Positions 1 through 12,530 of a stretch of 64,000 bases of DNA are shown here, in pieces. The notes beneath the pieces are model-generated. The model had not been told where the DNA came from. It saw nothing but the letters and a program-made list of their open reading frames with translations, and did not search any database. The stretch covers positions 92,320,001-92,384,000 of the forward strand of contig NC_087472.1 in the NCBI RefSeq assembly GCF_036321535.1. The letters are read 5' to 3'. Each line of letters begins with the position of its first letter. The first letter of the stretch is position 1. The stretch is from Camelus dromedarius. Taxonomy: Eukaryota. The position numbers were made by a program, and so were the translations under genes.

Positions 1-490
1 ACCTATCTTCATTTTATTCTGTCTTCTTACTGCTACATGGAATTAAAGTTGGGGAAAAAGTGACACTTTACTTTCTGTTCAGACATACACTTGTTTATCT
101 GTTTACTGTGTTTCCTCCACTATAACCTAAGATTTTATACCTGTTCCCTACTCCTGAATTCCCTTTTCTGAATCATAAAGTAGTTTTGTCAAAGGGTAAG
201 TAGCAATGATATATTTAATATATACTGAATATCTACTATGTGCTAAGTACTAGATTAGGTTCATCTTCATGCAATATTTAATTTCATCTTCATCACAATC
301 TTATGTATTTTCCTTAGTTGGCAGTGATGGAATGAATGCTTAGAAAGTTATGTAACATGGCTAACAGTACACAGACAAAATGAAAAGTCGAAATGATGTG
401 CTTCCTATATCCTTCCAGTATGCCGAGCTGCTTAAGAGTCTGGTCCAGTTTCTCTCTCAGGGTCATTGCCATGGTGATATGCAATATTTC

Positions 491-638
491 AGAGAGAGAG
501 AGAGAAGAGGAAAGGAGAAGAGAGGAGGGAGGGGAGGGGAGAGGAGGAGCGGGGAGGGGAAGGGAAGAGAGGAGAGAGGAGGGGAGGGGAAGGGAGGGAA
601 GAGAAGGAGAGGGGAGGGAAGGGGAGGGAAGGAAGTGA

Positions 639-684
<46 letters not shown>
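491..684 (+). repeat. GA-rich polypurine tract (491-634) followed by (GT)21 (643-684)
   Basis: Read directly from the sequence. Confidence 0.95.
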
Positions 685-687
<3 letters not shown>

Positions 688-1026
688 AGTGTGTTTGCAT
701 TTTCCCAGTATATACTTGGGAGAACAGATCACAGTTCTCAGTCCATGTGGCTCTTGTTAGGCAAAGTCTATCCTTGGCCTTGGGTGTGAGCATATGACTC
801 AAGACTGGCCAATCAAAGTACTACACTCATTAGCCACTTGAGCAGGTTCAGGCATGGGCATATGATCGAAGTATGCAACCAAAAGTAGACCTAGCAAAAA
901 TCAACAGGTTTCTCAAAGGAGGGGTGGTGGATCAGGGATCCATATAAGCCTGAGGCTATCAGGGGCCATTTTAATCATCAGAAGGGTAGAGGTTGACTGA
1001 GAATGAAGCCAACATAGGGAAACGAA

Positions 1027-1186
1027 AGAACATTTAAGAGATGGAGAAATAGAGACAGGCACAGGGAGAGAAGAGGAAAGAGGAGTAGGAGGAAGGGGAA
1101 GAGAACATTTAAGAGATGGAGAAGCAGAGATAGGCACAAGGAGAGGAGCGGGAGAAGAGCAAAGAGGAGTGGGAGGAAGGGGAAGA
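1027..1186 (+). repeat. Two-copy tandem duplication (75 bp and ~85 bp), purine-rich
   Basis: AGAACATTTAAGAGATGGAGAA at 1027 and 1102; both units end GGAGGAAGGGGAAG. Confidence 0.9.
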
Positions 1187-1841
1187 ATAGAGGGAAGAGG
1201 AAGAAAAGAGATCAAGTACTAATAATATCAGTTGAACTTCTAGATTCAGCTACATCTGTAGTTGTGACAGTGACAGTCCTACCATTAGAGTATTCAGTTA
1301 CTGAGTCAAAATATTTCTTTTATATTTCAAGCTATATTTCTGTCACTAGCCCCTCAGGGAGTTATAATACAGAAAATGAGTATGAAAAAGGAATATTTTT
1401 AATAAGAACACAAGCTTCTCTTTTAAGTCAATCATTGTCTAAAATTAAAAGCAAATATTTAACAATCTAGCTAAGCAAACTTTTAGTAGTATCTACAGAT
1501 CCTCTTGTAAATGTAAAGAATCAAAACCCATAATTTAACACTTTTAGACTCACTGTAAATATAGCATTCTATGTTCAACTGCATTTGGCTAGGATACATA
1601 TCTATATCAGATATATATGTGCTATTTCCCATATAATACTAAAAGTAAACATCTCTTAAAGAAATTAAATTCATATGCCTCTCTCATGCACTTTACAGTT
1701 AACTCAGCCAACAGCTTACTCATTCACTTAATGAGTCATTTATTCAAGCCTTGAAGGATGGAAATCGTGCTAATTGCTGAAAAAAAAAATTAAGATATGG
1801 TCTCTCTGTTCTTTAGGAGCTCAATATAAAGAGGTATCTCA

Positions 1842-1908
1842 GGAAAAAATGTTGACACAACATTGTAAAATGATTATAAATCAATAAAAAAAAGTTAAAA
1901 TAAATAAA
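1842..1908 (+). mobile_element. Micro-L1 (extreme 3' end plus tail only)
   Basis: TTGACACAACATTGTAAAATGATTATAAATCAATAAAAA, homologous to the L1 end at ~13767-13805. Perfect TSD AAAGAGGTATCTCA at 1828-1841 and 1909-1922. Confidence 0.88.
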
Positions 1909-3064
1909 AAAGAGGTATCTCAAGAAAAAAATTTAAAACTAATTTTAATATAATATATAATTGTAATTACTAATATCTGTTAATTATGATCTATTTTAAA
2001 ACCTTTGTGTGTAGTATCTTATTTAATACAGAAAAAATCCTATGATACATATTGCATGTATCATTATTATAACTCCTATTTTTCAGAGTAGGACATGGCA
2101 GTTAATTGAGGTTAAGGTACTTTCCCAAGGTCACACACATAATGAGTATGAACTGAGGATCATGAACTGCAATGCATCTCTTTTAGCTAGTACAGTAGTA
2201 TATTCCCTTATGGCTACTGATTTTCATCTAAAGTTGAGAATACTAACTTTTTTTCCTTCTATAAATAAGAAAGGCATTTTATATAGATATGCTCCTTTAT
2301 CTCTCTGACAAAGCCTTAAGATAAAATAATCCATAGTCAGCTTAAACTTTAAGACTGACAAGGTTCAACTGAATTTTAAACTTCAAAAACTATGCTAGTC
2401 TGTATTCTGATAGAAACATTAAAAATGTATATAAGTATGTACACATGTATGTTTTAAAACTGGGCAAATCTTCTCAGTTATCATTTAAGATAATGCAGTA
2501 AAATTTCCAAAGCTATTTCATAAGTTTGTAGTTAGCGTTTTTTATTTTGGAATATTTATATTTTCGTGCATATCATTAAAAATAAAAGAAAACAAAATTA
2601 TTTACAGATAAAGCCAGGAATCAGAATGACAGAGGTATACATATTGTTAATACAGGTAACTGGATATGGAGGTCAGGTTTATAAACAAAAAATAACCAAT
2701 ATAATTCAGATATGTTTTCATATACAGGCAAAAAGTCTGCCTATCATATACCTTTGGAAGTATTTACATACACGTGTGTCTCTAAAAACAAGAGAATCAA
2801 GGATACTGTAAAAAATTACATATCATTTTTATTAACTGTCATTTTTTCAAGTTTAATCACTACTGACACCTTTCCAACAAACTCGACATCTATAATTTAA
2901 ATACGTTTTCAAATCTAGGGGGACAAAGGCAAAAATAGCCATCACAAAGTCCTTGTCTTTTATTCTGTAAAATGTGCAAGGAACCAACTAGACTTCAAGC
3001 CAAGTCTGTTGGTTTAGAGTAACACATAAAATCAAGCATTCTGATTCACTGACTTCCTCTGATA

Positions 3065-3183
3065 AGCTGTGGTCCTGCCTGATTTCACACTTGGAAAATT
3101 CAGATCTGTGATAGAATACATTTTTGTGTTTTCAGCAACCAAGTTTGTGGTAATTGTTACAGTAGCCTCAGGAAACTAAGACA
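3065..3183 (+). mobile_element. MLT1 LTR 3' fragment
   Basis: caagtttgtggtaattgttacagtagcctcaggaaactaagaca. Confidence 0.75.
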
Positions 3184-3509
3184 GTGACATTATGGTCCCA
3201 TATTCTTTGTGAAGTTACCTAGTAGTTAAAGTAAAGAGTTATACGGTTTCATTCATTCAGTATTAACTGAGCACCTCTATAGGCCATGTCTATCCTTCAA
3301 ATCTATGCAGATATTTTTGTGAATTCTCTGAATTGCATCTTCTGCTTCTAAAGACCTTAGAATGATATCCTGAAAAATAGATTGTGACATTTCATACTGT
3401 TTGGTTTTTTTTTTCATTTTTTGTTCTACTAATGGTTTACTATAGATCTTAATAATAACAATCATGGTAATAATAATAATAATACTGCACACCAAACCAG
3501 AAGATTAGT

Positions 3510-3700
3510 GTTAACTTCTTTACATATGTAATCTCTTATGATCATAAAAATAACCCTCTGAGGTAGGTACTATTAGTAACCTCATTTTACTGAGGACAAA
3601 GTTAAGCCTTCAGGAAGCCAAGTCACTTTCTAAAAGTCATAAATCTAATAACCTTGTTTTTTTCTGACTTCAAAGCCTGTGCCACACTTAACCACTAAGG
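3510..3700. mobile_element. MIR (others at ~225-375, 2000-2170, 14790-14930, 17540-17665, 61400-61600)
   Basis: aataaccctctgaggtaggtactattagtaacctcattttactgaggacaaa MIR core. Confidence 0.75.
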
Positions 3701-4655
3701 CACAGAACCTCTTTTAACATTCTATTCCAAAATAACTCTCACATTTGTGATGACAAAAAAAGAATACACATGAAACAGGAAGTTAACACTAAAGATGGAA
3801 CTAGGCACCAAGTTAAAACAGATGTGAAATAGTAGTATGAGTTACAAATCACTAAATAGAGATTTTCAAAAGAAATGGGTAAGCATCTGTTCCTTACTGT
3901 TGAACTCTTTGATGACTTTCAGATTATAAATGGTTTACAAAGGCACAGAAGTAGGATTTGGTGCAGATACTTTTGGGAAAGAGCTATTGTCTGTCTCCTT
4001 GGGGAAGAATTGAGGGTTATTGCCCATCAACTCCAGCCATGTGAAGGGGTTTTCGACAGGACCCCTTCAAAATCTATGGAATACATTCTTTGCAGATGGG
4101 AAAAATGGAGGAATGAAGTATAACTCATATTCAAGAAAGGCAAAGCAGTTGCCACAGCTGAAAAGATGAGACTGAGTTCAAAAATTTGGGGACATAATAT
4201 GTATGTTTTTCTATGCACTGGGTGTCTGTAAGACCCATTTGCACAGAACAGTCCCATTTTTTATCTGTTGTTCCATTGTAATGATTAATGGGGTCCCCTT
4301 TCACTCACAAAAGTATCTCAGTTTGGATGATAAATTATATAGTCATCCTAATGATGGAAAACACAGAAAACAGAGTCAATATGGAATTGACTTGGGTTCT
4401 CTTCAATGGACATCTACAAGAGTAGAGGAACCTCAATAGCAAGAACTTGGAGTGAAGCCCAGTTTTTAGGAGAAATGAGTATCATCCCCAGTCTTCTTCA
4501 CATAGAATAGAGATGGCTCTACCCGGGTCAAGGAAACTGCAGAAGATGGGGAAGGGGGGAAGGAGAGAAGGGGGAAGGAGAGAAGAGGGAAGGAGGGAGA
4601 AGAAGTTTGCGCCTTTTGAGTCCCTTCACCCATATATATCCAAATGTACATATAC

Positions 4656-4832
4656 ATTTTAAAAAGAGCATGATTGAGATATCATTCAGATATCATTCAC
4701 CTATTTCAAGTGCACAATTCAATGATTTTTAATATATATTCATAGGGTTGTACAACCATCACTACAAAGTAATTTTAAAACATCACATCCCTCGAAAAGA
4801 AACCCCAACCCATTACCTGTCACTCTCCTACC
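4656..4832 (-). mobile_element. L1MB-like 3' end fragment
   Basis: tgattgagatat...aagtgcacaattcaatgatttt...ttgtacaaccatcact resembles antisense old L1 3'UTR. Confidence 0.75.
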
Positions 4833-7269
4833 CACCTTCCCACATTTTAGTAGTCATTAATTCAAAACAGTAACTAATAAGTAATATTACCTAGCGAAAA
4901 GTTTAATTTCGCATTAGAAAGAACAAGAAATAGTCTCTAAGAGAAAACTGTCCAAGGTCAAAGAGTTAAATTAAACTAGCCAAAAAGAATTAGATGGGGA
5001 AAAACTGGAAGTTAAAACATATATTAATGATACATATTTCAAAGATAATGTACCAGTGTAATCACAATATTAATTTAAGAAGTGGGAGGTGATTTGATTT
5101 TTGTCATTGACAGTAAACAATATAAATCAACTTCAATTTTTTAAATTTGCCTTTTTCATTTCATATAATACAATGGAAGAGAAACCTTGAGAAGGTGGCA
5201 TATACAGCATTCTCAACCCTAGCTATATATTAAAACCACCAAGGAAGCTTGTAAAACTACCAACATCCTAGTACCCAGGATAATTAAATCTGAGCATTAG
5301 AGATTCTAATTTGAAGCCAGCATTCAACTACTACTACCGTCATAATTATCATGAGGATCACGAGTATTTAAACAGCTAGGGTTTGGGAGGCAAGTGTAAA
5401 AGACAACAGGCTTAGATCACACACTACCTTCCTTTTTTTCTGCAGAAATTTTGGGGAAAATAATGGGAGTGTCTTGCCCATATGGGAATATGGAAGCAGA
5501 AAAATACTGAAAACCATTGCTACACAGGAAAGAGCATAAATTCTCAAGTTTTGCAAAGTTGGTACAGATTCTAGCCCCAATATGACAATGGGGAGTCACA
5601 TAAATTCTCTGAGACTTGAATTTTCAGCTGGGCAATGGAAATAAGCATAATTCACTTATTTGCAGAGTCAATATGAGAATAAGGAAAAGTGTTTGGAATG
5701 TCACTATTACCAAAGTATAACAAATGGTGGCTATTTTATTATTCAAATGAGTCTGTATTATAGTTAAATCATAAATTAAAGAACTATTTGTTTTTTAGGC
5801 TGTTCATTAAATGAGATAGTGAAGTCTGTGACCCTTTAAAACAATGAATTCTCAACAATACTAATCTTTTCAAGTATTATTTAAAATACATTTACAAAGT
5901 AAATATAAATGCAAGTAGAAAAATACACCAATGCACATTATACATTATATAATTCTCTACACTGAAAGCAGTGACTGCTAACACCTTGCTCCTATTTGGT
6001 GGAAGTTCAAACTCAACAAGAAACTTTCTCTTTGGAAAAAAATTGAGAGTCCTTGGAAAGGCATTCAATTGAACTGGAGAGACATTATCCTTGACTAGAT
6101 TTAAGGTCATAAATATGCCTTTTTATACAAACCAAATTGTCATAAATAAGACAAGAAGATGCAGGATACTTTGTTCAAAGGCAAGTGTCAATGAATTAAC
6201 AAAATGCCTTGAATAAAACCAAGTGTCAGTTTCTCTTATCCTAACCTCCACAACATAAGACAGAAAGAACAGCTTTGGTGTTTCTACAGAGCTCCACATA
6301 TAAAGTTTTCAAAGAGATACCGATATTCTTACACGAAAATAAGTAGGCAAATAGGTATTTAAATAACCAAGAAGATAATGATTGGAATGGTTCCTTGTGA
6401 AGTGTATCAACCTACTGAACCAGTGTCTGATTTTTATATGGTGTCTGACTTTTAAGTTTTTCAAGTAAGTAAAAAGAATGTAGACGGCAATTTAAAATAA
6501 CAAAGTTTAGAATTCAAAACAAGTATGAGAAAAGGACAGTGGCAATTCTTGCCAATTAACTTTGAATAACTGCATAAGGAAGGATGTGGAGTATGAACTT
6601 CATCTGTCCTCTGGAATTATATTCCTGGGTGACCTTTGATAGCATCATTAATTTAAAAAATGTTTATCTAGCACTTATTCTGTCACAGATCCCATGCTAA
6701 GTGCTGTGGCTACAAAGATGACTAATAAAAGCACATTCTTCTACTGAAAAGGATCAGCTGGGTGACTGAGACATATATTCATACTTTGTTCTTTTTAATT
6801 GTCTATATAAAATATTTGAGGAATATTAATAGTGACCATAATATCAATAAATTAACCTAAATAGCTGTCAAAATGGAGTCTCTGATGCTATGTGAAAGAG
6901 AACCAAGAAATAATTATAAGCTATTCCACACAAAGCTAAATATAGTGTTACAGCCAAAAGCAACCATTTCCTTTAGTTACATGAAATTAAATCTTTCCAT
7001 AAGTTAAAAATGTAGAATAGCTTGATCTTTACTAGCACATTTCACAAATTTAAAATACTACTGAATAATAACACTATAAAACTAATTACAAATTGCATAA
7101 GCCACATTTATATAAAGCAGCGATGTTGAAGAGTTCAAGTAATTGTGTAATATATGAAGAAATAAACTAATCATATAGAAACTTTAAAATGTATGACACG
7201 CTTCCATCCAAAAATGGTATCCTTTTGTAAACAAAGGTGTATGTGTCATGTTCAGTTATGTGAAACTCT

Positions 7270-8030
7270 GGGTGCTGTTGTAGTAGATCAGAAAAAAAGT
7301 AAGAAATATATTTGAACCAGGGTGTGGCGCTAGGGATGAAAGAGGGTATGGAACAAAAGAAAATACTTAGTTGACAAAATGTGCAAGGCTTGGTAACTGA
7401 CTGAATGGGAAAGCGAGGATGTATGGGAATAAGCATGACTCCCTTGTTCCTAATCTAGGTGACCCATAGGATGCTGTGCTAAGAGAAGACGAGGCAGAGA
7501 CTTACTCAGCATGAGCTCAGACATGTTGAGTTTGGTATGCCTGGAGAACCACTACACAGAAGTGTCAGATGGAGAAGCAAAGGGTGGAAGAAAGCATAGG
7601 GGCACCAAGATAGTGTGCAGAATAAGAAGAGTAAAGGAACTGGGATGGAAGCACGGCAGCACCTACAACTAAAAGGTAACTTGGAGGAAGAGGAGCTCAT
7701 GGAGAATACTGACAACGTGTCCACAGAGGAATGAGAACAGAGGATGATGTCATAGACAGCAAGTGTGTTGAGACTTTCTAAGACAGAGTAATCAAGAGTG
7801 TCAAGATCAGAAGAGAGACCTGGCAAAGAATAACTGGTACACTTTTGTTAGATTTACCAATACAAACATCTTTCTTCATCATAAAAATAATCCTTTCTGC
7901 ACAGTGTTGAGTAGGGACTGGACTGCAGTGGATTAGGGGGAAATGGGAGATTACATCATGGAGATAGAGAACTGAGATTACTTCCTTGAGAAGTTTAGCT
8001 CAGAAAAGAAGAGAAGTGAAATGGCAGTTC
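7270..8030 (-). mobile_element. L2 fragment (others at ~23370-24045, 27040-28190, 34380-34600, 38540-39650, 50600-50960, 52230-52540)
   Basis: gacatgttgagtttggtatgcctg; gactgcagtggattagg; cttccttgagaagtttagct, typical of antisense L2. Confidence 0.75.
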
Positions 8031-10158
8031 CATGAGAGAGGAAAAATGAAGATAACCTTAGAGTTGAAAGAGAAAAGGAATAGACAGAATCAAGGACACA
8101 GATGAAATAATTATCTCCCAAGTGGAAGCTGAGAGCCTCATTCCTCCAGACAGGAACAAAGCATAAGGTCGGTCATGCTCATGAACACAGTAATAATTAA
8201 GATAAAGGAAAGGAAAGAACAGTCGATGGTCCCAAATGTTTAAAAATTTACCAGGAGGGATATAGACTAAAGAGAGAGGAGAGAAAATAAGGGTTAAATA
8301 GGGGGCTTGAGGAAAATAGGGTAGTTTTGTAATTATCCTTCAGGGTAAGATTAAACAGAGCTGAATTCAGACAAATAAAATATTGGTGAAGAGCTCTTAC
8401 CAGTGTGTAAGACTACAATTAATAAACATACCAAGAGAAAGCAACCCCATGAACTTGGCTTCTGTTTTGTTTTTGTTTTTGTTTTTTCATGAAGACTCAT
8501 TATTTAGTGTAATTTATTTATTTCACAATGTAATTGGAAAATTAATGGATTTTATTATAGGATTTAACTTTCCCAACAGGGAATATCATTCAGAAAACAA
8601 TGTTTAATGGTTAGAACATTAACAAGAAAGCCTAATTTAACAATAAATGGTTAAAATTGATTCATATTTGCTTATCTTTTGATATATGGCTCTGCTTATA
8701 TTTGTTCCTTCTATTTGAAGGCAAAGATCTCTCCTATAAATGACATAAATACCTATTCCATGACCCTCCATGAAATATGCACATAAGAGTAGTTGCCTAA
8801 TAAAATATAGAGCGGCATCCTATAGGATTCCAGGTTACTAAATTAAGTCCAAATTCAGAGAATTACTGTCTGAATTATTATTCCTTCCGAAAGTAGAAAA
8901 GTGATATAACCTAGCCTCCCTTTAAGAAACAAATAACTTTTTGATAATTCTGAATTGTGTGTGCTGAAAGAAAATATCACTGAATGACTACACACACACA
9001 CACAAAGATGCACACATTCTATATATGAAAAAGCAGTAATTATAATGAATTACAGCTTAAGACCTACTGATTTAAGATACTCAAAATAAATACATTTATG
9101 TCATGTGTCTATATGACTCTGTACTCAACACCAAAGACATAACAATCCAAAAAACATGCTTATTCCTTTCTTCTGTGTCTTCCCTCTGTCACACACTCAT
9201 CTCCTAACATCCCCAGTTCTGGGGCTACATACACACCTTTACTTCCCTGTATTGAAACTTCCTGGTCAAGGGGTACTTTTAAGAAACCATTTGCTGAATA
9301 GTCCCTAGACAGGTACATTAGAAAATAAACATTAAATGGATTAAAATAAATAATGCCATGAACTTTGTGAGACCCATTAAAATCAGTAATGAAATTAATA
9401 ACATTTCCATTAATGTGTTCGTTCATCAGGAGCCAGAAAATGAGATAGCATCAAAATAGCATTCATACCAACTTCATAATGCAATGACTGGAAACACTCA
9501 ATGAGCTTTATGCTAAGATCCTTAGTTTATTGTTTTTAAGTACTTTACTCATTATCAGTAAGAAGCACACTTGCTGAAAAAAATGAAAGCGGTAAGGGAG
9601 AAGGGCCAAGATGGCAGCATAGAAGGACACTCTTAGCTCACCCTCTCCCACAAATACACCAAGACTCACATCCACAGACCCACCCATCCAATCAGAACAC
9701 CTGCTGAACTTTGAGAGAACATCACCTTCTTCAAAAGACAAAATACGCCACCAATCTGGTAGGAGAAGACAGAAAAAGAAGGAAGAAAAAGGAAAATAGT
9801 GCGGGACCAGTCCTGAGGGGAGCGAGCAGCAAAGAAGGAACAGTGCTCTTACCGTGGGTCTCCCCCTCTCCAACGAAGAGGTCAGGGGGACCAAGGGGAC
9901 AGAGGGGGAACCTCCGAGGCTTGGATCTATATGGAGTAGCCCTTGACCAACAGAACTAGGTTAAAACGGGCACAAAGGGTCCCCGCAACCCCCAGGCCTA
10001 GACATGAACTGGCAGGGGTGGGGGATGGAACAGGCTGCCCAAGCTGGGCGGAGGACTGGGGCAGCTGTACAGAGGCAACCCCAGGGAACTGCAGGGTGCT
10101 GTGTGGCATGGCTGGGAGGGTATACAGAGCAGAACAGCCTGGGTCCCCCATAAAATAC

Positions 10159-10167
10159 AAAAAAAAA

Positions 10168-10231
<64 letters not shown>

Positions 10232-10255
10232 GAGAAAGAGAGAAAGAGAGAAAGA

Positions 10256-10308
<53 letters not shown>

Positions 10309-10318
10309 AAAGAAAGAA

Positions 10319-10382
<64 letters not shown>

Positions 10383-10385
10383 AAA
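10159..10385 (+). repeat. (GAAA)n compound microsatellite inside the L1 5'UTR
   Basis: A11 followed by ~215 bp of GAAA units with GA/GAAAA interruptions. Confidence 0.97.
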
Positions 10386-10823
10386 GCAACACTGCTGGTG
10401 TGCCCTGGGGGGAGGGGCGCCGAACCCTTTGTCTCCTCAGACCCGGGGCGCCATTGCCTGAGGGTTCTAGGGAGAAGAGAGGCGGGGCGCAGCCACAGCC
10501 ACCATATTCTCTGGTAGGCAGTTCCCAGGCAGAGGTGGGGTCGAAACCTGAATCGGTACCTAGGGCCTCTGCAACCTCTTAGGCAGGACTGAGACTTCCT
10601 TACAGCCCCAGGCAGAGGGGAATGTCTGCCCTACTGCTTCTATGAACTCGAGCCTCTAAGACAAACGAACAAGGAGCGGAGTTCTGCCACAGAGCAGGGG
10701 CGAGTGCCGGTGCAGCCATTTTCTCTGAGCCCGCCTATGGACCGGGGGCCTGAAGTGACCCTCCCAACTACCGTGCAGGAGCATGGCTCCAGGAGGGGGC
10801 ACTGACTGGTAGTGCAACCCATT

Positions 10824-11180
10824 CGCCTACCATGCACGAGCACGACGCCTGGACGCAGCGTTGCGAGGGGGCGCGACCCGCCTGTCTGCCATGCACGAGC
10901 TCGACGCCTGGACGCAGCTTTGCGAGGGGGCGCGACCCGCCTGTCTACCTCAGGAGCCCGGCGCCAGACAGCTGCGAGGCGAGGGGGCGGGGGCGGGGGC
11001 GGGACCCGGACCCAACGCCTACCATGCACGAGCACGACGCCTGGACGCAGCGTTGCGAGGGGGCGCGACCCGCCTGTCTACCTCAGGAGCCCGGCTCCAG
11101 ACAGCTGCGAGGGGAGGGGACGCGACCCGCCTGTCTGCCAAGCACGAGCACGGCGCCAGACAGCTGCGAGGGGAGGGGCA
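10824..11180 (+). repeat. GC/CpG-rich minisatellite (~59-bp and related units) in the L1 5'UTR
   Basis: CCATGCACGAGC...GCGCGACCCGCCTGTCT units at 10830, 10889 and 11022, interleaved with CAGACAGCTGCGAGG-containing variants. Confidence 0.93.
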
Positions 11181-11870
11181 CAACTCGCCCACCTAAAGGC
11201 ACTGGGAGCAGTACAGACCAGGGAGCGACTGGAGGACCTCTGGAACCAGCAAATGGAGTTCGTGCAGCAGGGAAAGGGCAGGAGCAGCGACAACCACAGA
11301 ACAAAAAGGAGGCCGCCTAACCCCAGCTCAATAGCCAAGGCAGGCTCTGGCCAGCAGAACACCACCCCTAACCAAAGGGAAAACAGGCAAAAGGCAAGGA
11401 AGGAAGACTTGGCAATTACCCATACTTAAGAAGGACCTCTCAACAAAATTAAGAGTGCATAGTCTCCACAGGAACACATCCACTATTTTTCCCCCCTTTT
11501 TTAATTTCTAATTTTTAAAAAGTATTGTTTCTATTTTTTAATTCCTTTTAAAATTTTCTTTTAAAGTATTTTTTTAAAAGTTTATCTCAATTTTTTATTT
11601 CTCTTTGTTTTGTTCTTCTGTTATCAATTATACTGTTTTCAAATCTTTTTTCTAAGTTTTTTAAATTTGTCTCAATTCGATTTTTACTTCTCTTCATTTT
11701 GTTCTTGTTATTGATTATAATGTTTTCAAATCTTTCTTCTTTTAAATTTTTTTTTTTTAGTTTTATTTCTGCATCTGCTTTAGATAAATACTTAACTAAA
11801 TAAACCCCTTCAGGACCACAGTAGATAACTGATACTCCATATTCCATAGTGCCAGAGAGATATAAGCAAA

Positions 11871-12530
11871 ATGAAGATGCAGAGGAACCACTCCCAATTA
11901 AAAGAACAAGAGAAATCCCCTGAAAGAATGATCAATGAAAGAGACATTGATGGCCTACTAGATCAAGATTTCAAAAAAGGAGTGATCAAAGTACTGAAGG
12001 AACTAAGAGAGACAGTGTTTAGAGGTATAAAATATGTCAAAAAGGAAATTGAAGCTATAAAGAGGAGCCAGTTAAAATTGGACAACTCATTTGCTGAGAT
12101 AACAGCTGAGCTAAAGGATGTAAAACGCAGGCTAGATAATGCAGAGAAACGAGTAAGTGACCTAGAAGACCGGAAAACAGAAATCACCCAATCAGAACAG
12201 CTGAGAGGAAAACAAATAAAAATCAATGAAAACAATATAAGGGACCTATGGGATACTATAAAGCGTGCCAACCTACACATAATAGGGGTCCCAGAGGAGA
12301 AGAAAGAGCAAAGGGGATTGAAAAGGTATTTGAAGAAATCATGGTTGAAAACTTCCCAAACCTAAGAAGGAATCAGATATCCAAGTACAGGAAGCACAGA
12401 GGGTCCCAAACAAGAAGAACCCAAACAGACCGACACAAATACATATTATAATCAGGATGACTAGGGTTAAGGATAAAGAAATGATTCTAAGGGCAGCAAG
12501 AGAAAAATAAAGAGTTAGTTACAAAGGAAC
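11871..12530 (+). pseudogene. L1 ORF1p, truncated and frameshifted (coiled-coil and most of RRM)
   Basis: MKMQRNHSQLKEQEKSPE...RLDNAEKRVSDLED...IRDLWDTIKRANLHIIGVPE, then in shifted frames FEEIMVENFPNL, IQVQEAQRVPNK, KEMILRAAREK*RVSYKGT. Confidence 0.92.

Noticed and set aside
314..802. Overlapping ORFs of 81-162 aa
   Set aside because: Translations of the GA-rich tract and (GT)n; low complexity.
9943..10517. KERK-rich and FLSF-rich ORFs
   Set aside because: Products of the (GAAA)n microsatellite.
10824..11180. CRISPR-like repeat/spacer appearance
   Set aside because: Units are contiguous and mutually homologous with no unique spacers; mammalian L1 context; no cas genes.
10640..11429. Long overlapping ORFs (up to 205 aa) in the L1 5'UTR, considered as an ORF0-like protein
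   Set aside because: The GC-rich tandem repeat is open in several frames on both strands; the 59-bp period is not a multiple of 3; no recognisable domain.
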